64,000 nucleotides of DNA, from positions 37,396,405-37,460,404 of the forward strand of contig NC_057745.1 in the NCBI RefSeq assembly GCF_004010195.1, read 5' to 3'. Of this stretch, positions 1-9,500 are shown piece after piece (position 1 is the stretch's first letter; the number at the start of each line of letters is the position of its first letter). The notes beneath the pieces were generated by a model. The model saw nothing but the letters and a program-made list of their open reading frames with translations. It did not search any database and was not told the origin of the DNA. The translations under genes and the position numbers were made by a program. This stretch comes from Chiloscyllium plagiosum. Taxonomy: Eukaryota.

Positions 1-585
1 AACAGCCAATCCTGTCCCTGTTTTACCCATGTCTCCGTAATAGCCACAACATCGAAGTCCCAGGTACCAACCCATGCTGCAAGTTCACCTACCTTATTTC
101 GTATACTTCTTGCATTGAAGTATACACACTTCAAATCACTTTCCTGTTTACAGGCACCCTCCTTTGAGATTGATGCCATGTTCCTAACCTCCCTACACTC
201 CAGGTTCTGCACCCTAAAGCTACAGTCTGGGTTCCCATGCCCCTGCAGAGTTAGTTTAAACCCCCCCAAGAGCACTAGCAAACCTCCCACTAAGGATACT
301 GGTGCCCCTCAGGTTCAGGTGTAGACCATCCTGTTTATAGAGGTCCCATCTTCCCCAGAAAGACCCCCAGTTATCCAAATACCGGAATCCCTCCCTCCTG
401 CACCATCCCTGTAGCCACGCATTTAACTGTTCTCTCTCCCTATTCCTCGACTCTCTATCATGTGGCACGGGTAACAAACCAGAGACAACAACTCCTGTTC
501 GTTCAACTCTGAGCTTCCAACCTAGCTCCCTGAAAGCCTGCCTAACATCCTCAGCGCTCCTCCTACCTATGTCATTGGTGCCAAA
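1..585 (-). mobile_element. CR1-type LINE fragment: ORF1 SGNH/GDSL esterase C-terminal part and start of ORF2 APE endonuclease
   Basis: Minus frame reads GTNDIGRR...VVVSGLLPVP...LNAWLQGWCRREGFRYLDNWGSFWGRWDLYKQDGLHLN (CR1 ORF1 esterase). Positions 1-133 read LKCVYFNARSIRNKVGELAAW...DVVAITETW (APE N-terminus). Runs off the window edge. Confidence 0.9.
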
Positions 586-1227
586 ATACTGCATTCCAAA
601 GCCTCGTTCAAGTCGATCATTCTCTATCTTGTTCAGTAATAAATTACAGCAAGGGGTATAGGGGTAAGTCTTGAAGCCTATAAAGAATATCACCAAATCA
701 GTTTCAAATCCTTCTCTTTTGCCAAGTGATAAAATTTCAAGGTAAGTTAGAGGGTTAGCAGTGGAAATAACATTTTTCTCGCCAAGATCAACTGAGCTGT
801 GAAATATGTTAGCAGTGAAGAATATTAATATGTACGATGGAAATGAGGACAGATGCAATTGCGACATCAAAATACCTGAAGAGGGAAAAGAAAGAGGACT
901 TGTATGACAAATTGTTGTTGTCTGGAATGCTCTGGCTGACATTATGGTAAAAACAGATTCAGTAATAACTTCCTAAAGGGAACTCACTTAACTACTTGAA
1001 AAGGAAAAACAATTCAGGGCTTTTGGGAGAGAGCTGGAGTAGACCTAATTAGGTAGATCTTTTAAAAGGTCGACAGAGACACAATGGGCTAAATAGTCTC
1101 CTTCTGAGGTGTAAATTAAGATGTTCTTTTCACTGTTTTAAATTAAAAGTCAACCACATTGCTGTGAGTCTGGAATCGCATGTCGACTTGACCAGGCAGG
1201 TACAGAATTCCTTTCCTAAAGGACATT

Positions 1228-1450
1228 TAGATTAGATTCCCTACAGTATGGAAATAGGCCCTTCAGCCCAACAAGCCCACACCGACTCTCCGAAGAGTAA
1301 CCCACCCAGACCCATTCCCCTACCCTATATTGACCCCTGGCTAATGTTCCTGACACTATGGGCAATTTAGCATGGCCAATTCATCCTAACCTGCATATCT
1401 TTGGAATGTGGGAGGAAACCAGAGCACCCGGAGGAAACCCACGCAGACGT
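1228..1450 (-). mobile_element. HE1-type shark SINE, 5'-truncated
   Basis: Reverse complement matches the + copy at 4675-4958 (tgggtttcctccgggtgctctggtttcctcccaca...ggccatgctaaattgccc...). Confidence 0.8.
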
Positions 1451-2377
1451 TTGTAAACCAGGAGGGATTTTCTGACAACTGACAATGGTTACATAGTTGC
1501 CATTGAAATCAAGAATTCAAACTCTTATCTCCTGAACATGCATTCAGGGTTCTGGATTACAACTCCAGTGACATTACCTCGACCTCACTAACTTCCCAAC
1601 TGCCCTTCCTGGGGAAAACATGCCAGGTATGTTGGTGCTATTCAAGCAAAGAAGGCTTTGGCTGGCTTAGTTATCTGAGCAGGATACAAGTTGAGGATAT
1701 AATATTCAGGGTAACTTGTGGGCCAGCCAGTGACCAAAGGTCCAATTCAAGGATGTTGACAAAAGACACAGGAAAACCCTCAACATCAATCAGAATAGGT
1801 GGGAAGGCCCAGCTTATAATTGTTGCAAATGAGGATACCAGCTCTGGGCAGGAATTTGCCACCATAAAGATTTTTCAAAGAAGCCGCGGTGTCAGGAGAG
1901 ACACCATCAGCAAGGGACAATCTCATATTTTGCACTTACAGCAGACTTTGCCTTTCTAAAATCAGTTTGTCCAGCCATCAAAGGAAATGCAACAGTCAAC
2001 CTCATGTCAACTCGCCATCGCTTGAGCCTCCATTCTCATCATCCTTTGCATACTGTGCTGCAAAACTGCTCCACTCTTCGCAATGCTGCAGGCCTGTATT
2101 CCTGGCTAGGAAACAATATCTTTGCATTTGAATAGCATCTTTGACAAGTAAAAAAAAACCAAAAGTGCTTATGAACAGAAAACCATTTAGCCTTTTGAAC
2201 CTGTTCTGCACCATTCATTGGGTTCATTGTTGTTCCACACAGCTCCCTTGGTCCCACATACTTAATAATTTTGTTTAACAGAATTGCAAATAAACAAAAC
2301 TGCAATAAACACATTGAAAAAAAGCTTTCATTGCTTTGCTGATGAACTGAACCTCTTTCGGAGTAAAATCCAAACAT

Positions 2378-2690
2378 GGGCGGCATGGTGACTCAGTGGT
2401 TAGTCTCACAGCGCTAGGGATGTGGTTCAACTCCAGCCTCTCATGACTGTCTGTGTGGAGTTTCCACGTTCTCCCTGTGTCCTCATGAGTTTCCTCCCAC
2501 AGTCCAAAGATATGCAGGTCAAGTGATCAGCCATGCTAAATTGCCCATATTGTCCAGGGATGTGCACACTAGGTGGATTAGCAAAGGAAATGCAGGGTTA
2601 CATGGATAGTGAAGGGGATGGATCTGGGTGAGTTGCTCTTTGGAGGAATTTGATGGGCTGAATGGCCTGCTTCCACACTGGAGGGATTCT
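2378..2690 (+). mobile_element. HE1-type tRNA-derived SINE
   Basis: gggcggcatggtgactcagtggttag head, HE1 body, CR1-like tail gggctgaatggcctgcttccacactg. Confidence 0.8.
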
Positions 2691-2992
2691 ATATATAAAC
2701 AGATACAATTAGGGTCCTGAATTCTTTGCTTTTCCAGCCTACAATATATTCCCTGGATGGGTAACTGGGAATGGGATGTCTCAGTTGGAATGAAATTGCA
2801 CACCATGTTAACCAGAACTGTGACTCCTGGTAAATTTCTCATGAGCTGTCCTGTGGGTTCCTGCACCCATCACACAAATGGACAAAACTAAACCATTCCC
2901 TGAGGTGAGAGGCTGGGATCCAGAGCCATCACATCACCCAGGCCCCGAAGCAACCAGCTTTCTGTTATTTAACATGTTTATTTTCTTTCTAG

Positions 2993-3308
2993 TGACACAT
3001 ACAACACAAGTGACCGGATTCCTGCATCGATCTGTCTGTCTTACAGTGGAGAATAAGATGGAGTCAACCTCTGTGCAAACCATCCAATGGCAGAGAGGGA
3101 ATAAGTTAATCATCGAATATGCAGTCAATGAGACAGAAAAGCCTGTGACCATCTTTCCCATGTACAAGGGGCGTATAACATACATTGCAAAGAATAACTC
3201 ATTACTCATTCACCAACGGAGCCTCCAGGATGAAGGTGACTACAGGGATAACCATTACATCTCCATCAGGGCTGGAAAAGGTGTCAATCATCAACCTGAG
3301 AGTGCTGG
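2993..3308 (+). pseudogene. HEPACAM/CD2-SLAM-like IgSF gene, V-domain exon with +1 frameshift
   Basis: Acceptor ttttctttctag|2993 and donor CTGG|gtcagt at 3308. Reads TQVTGFLHRSVCL...IQWQR...YKGRITY...NNSLLIHQRSLQDEGDYR. Removing one G from aggg (3244-3247) continues ITITSPSGLEKVSIINLRVL. The exon is 316 nt (3n+1). Confidence 0.8.
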
Positions 3309-3790
3309 GTCAGTTGTTCACAAGTTTGTAAGTAATTTTGTTTAAAGGTGAGGGATGTCTGGGAGCATCAACATTGACAATCCCAGATAAAATACCACAT
3401 TGAATCTCATTTATCTTTGGAATAAGAACGTGAGCCAGGCAGCCTCTCAGGAAGTGGTTAGTTTTGAGGCACCCTTTTGCTGTGCACTTTGAGCTGTGAA
3501 ATCTGTGTTTAAACAAAATATTTTCTTAGAATGCTGCTGGTGTGGTGAAAGGGGAGCTGCTCAGTTTAAGAGCATCTCTCAGGTGTGAGCACGCAGTGAT
3601 GGGATTGGGAACTAGATCTTTGACTCTCAGTCTGCAGGTAGAGTCGGGGAAAGGAAAGGGACGAGTGGTACTGAGGCTAATGGCAATGCTGCCAAATCTA
3701 TCAGCTGAAACTTGTGCTTTAGTGTCTCAAACATACTGCCTTTTTCAAGGTGCCTTTGGCTTTCTCTCACATGGAACTGTGTTTGCTTAG

Positions 3791-4057
3791 TTCCAGTTTC
3801 AGAGCCCAGCATTACAATGTGGGTACAGGACTTTCCGTACTTGAAGCTGACCATGAACTGTTCATTCGAGAATGGTTCCAACCCCCAACTTTCCTGGATG
3901 GAAGACAATGCCAGTCTCCTGTTTGAGCCACGGTTCCAGCTGTCTGCTGACCTCCGCAGTTTAGTTGTCATCAACCTAACCAGCTCAGATTGTGGAGTTT
4001 ATATTTGCACCATTCAAAACCATGTGAACAGGGTCCAGACCCAGCAGCTCATTGCAG
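3791..4057 (+). CDS. Same IgSF gene, C2-type Ig exon
   Basis: gcttag|TT acceptor and GCAG|gtgagg donor, 267 nt, phase 1-1. Reads VPVSEPSI...LTMNCSFENGSNPQLSWMED...LSADLRSLVVINLTSSDCGVYICTIQNHV, with canonical C...W...DxGxYxC. NCSFENGSNP resembles HEPACAM NCSHENGTKP. Confidence 0.85.
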
Positions 4058-4674
4058 GTGAGGAGAAAGAGATTTGCATTTTTCCTGGACAGCCCCAAGC
4101 ACAAACAGCTGATGGAAGTGCAACACTGTTGTCATGTGGAAACAGCAGCCATATTGACTTCCAAAAACTGTATAGTCATACTGAGCAGATTATGTGTTTA
4201 ATGGTTGGTGGATGAACGTTGACCAGAACACTTGGGAGGACTCTACGCTCCCTCTAAAGAGTAGGTGGAATCTGTCATTCTCTCTCCTGGCAGGGTAGAT
4301 TGGACAGGACACAGAAAACAGCCTCAGTGCACCTCCCCGAGTTACTATCCTGGCAGCATCAGCCAGGTTAGAACATCACTGCTCTGGCAAACTCTTTCCA
4401 AAAAAGAGCGACATAAACTCTCTGCCAGATCATTACTTAATCTCAGCTGAGGTTTTCGTTGAGGTTGTTTACCTCGTCTGGGCATGGGAAAAAAACTCCC
4501 TCCAACTGTGGAATATCAAAAGTGTCTCCACCTACGTTGGAGCTCACGGTGGGTTCAGTGATAACAGTCCCCAGGCCAACCCCTCTGTCACGGCACTTTC
4601 AGCAGAAAGGGGAATGAATTAAACAACAGACAAAGGAAGGTGGCTGCTGCAGTTTGTGAAGTGAGATGCACGGT

Positions 4675-4958
4675 GGGCAGCACAGTGGTTAGCACTGCTG
4701 CCTCACAGCGCCAGAGACCCGGGTTCAATTCCCGCCTCAGGCGACTGACTGTGTGGAGTTTGCACATTCTCCCCGTGTCTGTGTGGGTTTCCTCCGGGTG
4801 CTCCGGTTTCCTCCCACAGTCCAAAGATGTGCAGGTCAGGTGAATTAGCCATGCAAAATTGTCCGTAGTGTAAGCTAAGGGGTAAATGTAGGGGTATGGG
4901 TGGGTTGCGCTTCAGCGTGGACTTGTTGGGCCGAAGGGCCTGTTTCCAAACTGTAATA
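4675..4958 (+). mobile_element. HE1-type tRNA-derived SINE (well preserved)
   Basis: A-box-like cagtggttagc, B-box ggttcaattcc, HE1 body and tail gggccgaagggcctgtttcc. Confidence 0.9.
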
Positions 4959-5012
4959 TAATTTAATCTTTCTGAGATCTGATTGTATTTAATTTGTTTC
5001 TTCTTTCTCAAG

Positions 5013-5330
5013 GTGACCAGTTCCAGGCCTGTTTGCAACTCCTCAGTCAGGGGAAATATTTAGCTGTTGTCCTCTGCATCTTGCTTGTGTTCAGCTCCAT
5101 CGTGACTATCATTGTGATCAAACTCCACAGAAAGAGGCAACGGGGTGATGTTCTCAATGCACCTGCAAAGAATGCCAAGGGCAGCACAGAAACAACTGGG
5201 AGAGGGGAGGTCTCAGTCCCAGGCAGGCCACAGGAATCCACTGCCTGGATTGGAGAGGAGGGTGGCTCACCCACACACTTCAGTTTGAGTCGCACTGTGC
5301 GGGTTCTGGGCACTCTATAAACGGGGGCGA
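5013..5330 (+). CDS. Same IgSF gene, transmembrane and juxtamembrane exon (3' end uncertain: 5144, stop at 5320, or donor at 5330)
   Basis: ttctttctcaag|GT phase-1 acceptor. Reads GDQFQACLQLLSQGKYLAVVLCILLVFSSIVTIIVIKLHRKRQR, a hydrophobic helix followed by a basic stop-transfer segment. Confidence 0.75.
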
Positions 5331-5486
5331 GTAAGGGTTTATGAGTCTCCAGGGGCATTCTCCAAGGGGAAGCTGCTCATTTCCGTGCGGGAAAACAGGG
5401 CAAGGATTTGGAAATGAAATTACTGAGAAATGCTGTACTGAGAAAAGCAATCCATGTTTTAGCCTGAGGGTGATCTCACATGGCGT

Positions 5487-5977
5487 TGAGTCATAGAGTC
5501 ATCTAGCACGGAAACAGACCCTTCGATCCAACCAGTCCATGCTGACCAAGGTTCCCAAACTAAACTAGTCCCACTTGCCTGCACTTGCCCCATATCCCTC
5601 CAAACATTTCTCATTCATGTACTCACCTAAATGTCTTTTAAACTTACAACTGTACCCGCATCCACCACTTCCACTGAAAGTTCAATCCATACACAAACCA
5701 CTCTCTGTGTAAAAGTATTGCCAACCATGTCTTTTTAAAATCTTTTTCCTCTCACCTTAAAAATATGCCCCCTTCCCACCCTCGGGAAAAGACACCTACA
5801 TTCACCTTATGATTTTATAAACCTCTGTAAGGTCACCCCTCAGCCTCCTACGCTCCAGGGAAAAATGTCCTTGCCTATCCAGCCTTCCTTATAACTCAAA
5901 GCCTCCACATCTGGCAACTTCCTGGTAAATCTCTTCTGAACCCTCTCTAGTTTAATAATATTCTTCCTATAATAGGT
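5487..5977 (-). mobile_element. CR1 LINE 3' fragment
   Basis: Reverse complement of the CR1 3' end seen at 19575-20505 (ggctgaggggtgacctt..., tail gactctatgactc). Confidence 0.8.
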
Positions 5978-6557
5978 TTAGAAATTGTGTCAGAACATAC
6001 ACATTACTCAGCTTCTTTTCATACTCAGTGCCTTTATTTGAATGTTTATTATGAATTCCTAAGTCATTATTTATAATAGAATTTGTCTATGTAGACTGTC
6101 ATGATTACCACACTATCAGCAGGAACATTCCAATAAGTTTACTGGGAGTCAGCAATAATGACATTGTGACATGTTTACTTTATGAATGTATACATGGGAA
6201 TTTATAATGACAGAAGTTGACAGGAATTTTGCTTTTATGTGACAGTATGTTAACATATTAGGTTCTGAAAAATACACTGCCTGGAACTGATTCCCTGAAG
6301 TCTGTTGAACTGATTTGTTTTTGTCATAAAGAAATCTGCTCCAACCCATCGTACAGTGCAGCCCCTTTTCAGGAGAAACGACATTGTCAGGGTCAGTCCT
6401 TGGAGAGAGGGAGAGGGAAAGTCTGCATCAGTGAGGACAGGTTGGAGAATGTGAAAAGGAACATTGTTTTGGAATGTTTTATTTTAGCTTTACCCTCTTC
6501 CCATTTATAATGCCAAATGAAAATCTACTGCAATCTGTTCCCCTCTTTTGGCACAAG

Positions 6558-9500
6558 TTGCCTGTCCAACAATCTGTCTGCAGGAGCTGGTGGTTGGATG
6601 TGAGGCAGGAGGGAGGGATGAGAGGTTCAGGGCCTTTACATATCGCCCTCTGCAAATTCAGGACACCAGCAAGCCACCAAAGATCAGAGAGAGAGACCAG
6701 AGACCACAAAGGTTACTGACCCTGCCTTGGTGAGGTGTGGGGGTTTGGGGGTGGGGAGGTGCTGACCCTGCCTTGGTGAGGTGTGGGGGTTTGGGGATGG
6801 GCTGCTGCTGACTCACAAGGGCAGGCTGCACACTCCTGGCAGGGTTTCAGCTCAGGTTATCTGAACCCCGGTTATCTGAGCCTCGATTATCTGAGCCCGA
6901 ATTATCTGAATCCCGGTTATCTGAGCCCGAATTATCTGAACCCTGGTTATCTGAGCCCCGGTTATCTGAGCCCGGGTTATCTGAGCCCCGGTTATCTGAG
7001 CCCCGGTTATCTGAGCCCGGGTTATCTGAGCCAGGGTTATCTGAGCCAGGGTTAGCCCGGGTTATCTGAGCCAGGGTTATCTGAGCCAGGGTTATCTGAG
7101 CCCGGGTTATCTGAGCCCAGGTTATCTGAGCCCCGGTTATCTGAGCCCGGGTTATCTGAGCCAGGGTTATCTGAGCCAGGGTTATCTGAGCCCGGGTTAT
7201 CTGAGTCCGGGTTATCTGAGCCTGGGTTATCTGAGCCAGGGTTATCTGAGCCAGGGTTTTCTGAGCCTGGGTTATCTGAGTCCGGGTTATCTGAGCCCCG
7301 GTTATCTGAGCCCAGGTTATCTGAGCCCGGGTTATCTGAGCCCGGGTTATCTGAGCCAGGGTTATCTGAGCCCGGGTTATCTGAGCCCGGGTCATCTGAG
7401 CCCTGGTTATCTGAGCCCGGGTTATCTGAGCCCGGGTCATCTGAGCCCTGGTTATCTGAGCCCGGGTTATCTGAGGGGGGTTACCTGAGTCCCGGTTATC
7501 TGAGTCCGGGTTATCTGAGCCCGGGTTATCTGAGCCAGGGTTATCTGAGCCAGGGTTATCTGAGCCCAGGTCATCTGAGCCCTGGTTATCTGAGCCCGGG
7601 TTATCTGTGCTCGAGTTACCTGAGCCCTGGTTATCTGAGTCGGGTTATCTGAGCCCGGGTTATCTGAGCCCGGGTTATCTGAGCCCGGGTTATCTGAGCC
7701 AGGGTTATCTGAGCCCGGGTCATCTGAGCCTCGGGTTATCTGAGCCCGGGTCATCTGAGCCCTGGTTATCTGAGCTCGGGTTACCTGAGCCTCGGTTATC
7801 TGAGTCGGGTTATCTGAGCCCGGGTTATCTGAGCTCGGGTTACCTGAGCCCCGGTTATCTGAGTCCGGGTTATCTGAGTCCGGGTTATCTGAGCCTCGGT
7901 TATCTGAGCCTCGGTTATCTGAGATTTTGGTCCAGATCAGGATAACAATATGACAAGTCTTTCTGTAAAATGTGTGACTGGCAGTCATGTCTGAGATAGT
8001 GGGGATGTGATGTTGCCAGAGTGGAATAAGCAGTAGACAAGCAGGAGGCTGGAAGAACTGCTGCCTCACAGTGCTCGGGACCTGGGTTCGATTCCAGACA
8101 CAGATGACTGTCTCTGTGGAGTTTACACATTTCTCTCCATTTCTGTGTCGGTTTTCTCCAGGTGCTCCGGTTTCCTCCCACAGTTCAAAGATGTGTAGGT
8201 TGGGTGATTTGGCCATGCTAAATTGCCCATTGTGTTCAGGGATGTGTCGGTTAGGTCCGTTAGGGTTAATGTAAAGCAATAGGGTAGGGGAATGGGTCTG
8301 GGTGGGATATTGTTTGGAGGGTCGGTGTGGACTTGTTGGGCTTAATGGCCTGTTTCTACACTGTAGGGAATCTATGTTCTATGTAACATAGCAAGCCAGG
8401 CAGCATCAGGAGGTGGAGAAGTCAACTTTTCGGGTGTAAACCTTCCTCAGGACTGGGGTGGGTGTAGGGGAGCTGCAGATAAAGGGAGTAGATGGTGCAG
8501 GGTGGTGAGGTGGGGATAAGTGAAGATAGGTAGAAGGTACAACCTGATTGGTCATTGGGAGGAATAAATCCGATTGGTGGCTGAGAGGAATTGAGGGGAG
8601 GAGGTAGGGCTGGAAAGGGAGTTGGGGATGGGGAGGAAGGTTATTTGAAATTGGAGAACTCAATGTTGAGTCCTCCAGGCTGTAGGCTGCCAAGGTGGAA
8701 GATGAGGTATTGTTCCTCCAATTTTCAGTCTGTAGCAGTGGAGGAGGCCGAGGATGGTCATGTCAGAAAGGGAATTGGGAAGGGGAATTAAAATGGGCAG
8801 AGACTGGGAGGTCCGGTCACCCCCTGGGCCCAGCTGAGATGCTTAGCGAAACGGTCCCTTAGTTTACATTGGATCTCTGCAATGTAGAGCAGACCACATA
8901 TACAGTAAACTAGGCTGGAGGAGAGGCAGGTGAACCTCTGGGGTCCTGGATGGAGGTGAGGGGGGTGGTGTATCAGCAGGTTTTGCATCTTTCCCAGTTG
9001 CAGGGGAAGGCACCTGGGGGTTTGGGGAGGGTATGGTGGGGAGAGTGACGCAAACCAAGGATTATCAAAGGGAACTATCGTTGCGGAAGGCGGGGAGGGG
9101 AAGATGTTCTTGGTGGCGGGGTGTAGTTGAAGTTGGTGGACGTTTTTAAGGATGGTGTGTTGGATGTGCAGACTGGTGGGGTGGTAGGTGAGGACAAGAG
9201 GTCTCTGTCTTTATTGCGTTTGGAGGGAGTTGAGAGCAGTGGAATGGGGAGTGGAGGTGGTGCGGTGGAGGGCTGTCTGGATGACAGAGGGAGGAAAAGC
9301 ATGTTGTTTGAAATAGGTGGACATCTGGGATGCTTGGGAATGAAATGTCGCCTCATCCAAGAAGGTGTGACGGAGGCAGAGGAATTGGGAGAATGAGATG
9401 GAGTTCTTGCAGGATACTGGGTGGGAGGAGGTGTAGTCCAGGTAGTTATGAGTCTGTGGGTTTGTAGTAAATATCCTTCTGGACACTGTCACTGGAGCTG

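Noticed and set aside
256-942. 228-aa esterase-like host gene
   Set aside because: Only the 3' half is CR1 ORF1. The N-terminal half is chance read-through of flanking DNA.
2878-2904. MDKTKPFPE|gtgaga as the leader exon of the Ig gene
   Set aside because: It is not hydrophobic and is phase 0, whereas the V exon needs phase 1. The alternative ending at ~2829 is also not a signal peptide.
3328-3333. Alternative donor gtaagt that might rescue the V-exon frameshift
   Set aside because: It gives phase 0, while both nearby C2 acceptors (3791, 3797) are phase 1.
4675-4740. tRNA gene
   Set aside because: tRNA-derived SINE head continuing into the HE1 body, with no complete cloverleaf.
6373-6440. 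Additional small exon of the Ig gene
   Set aside because: The phase-1 reading hits TGA and the available donors do not fit the chain.
6855-7923. CRISPR-like array
   Set aside because: No unique spacers, head-to-tail tandem units, vertebrate context and no cas genes.
6783-8279. ORFs with (YLSPG)n, (AQITR)n and (SDNPG)n repeats resembling a Pol II CTD or repeat protein
   Set aside because: They are translations of the 15-bp minisatellite. 14- and 16-bp units break the frames and there is no splice or start context.
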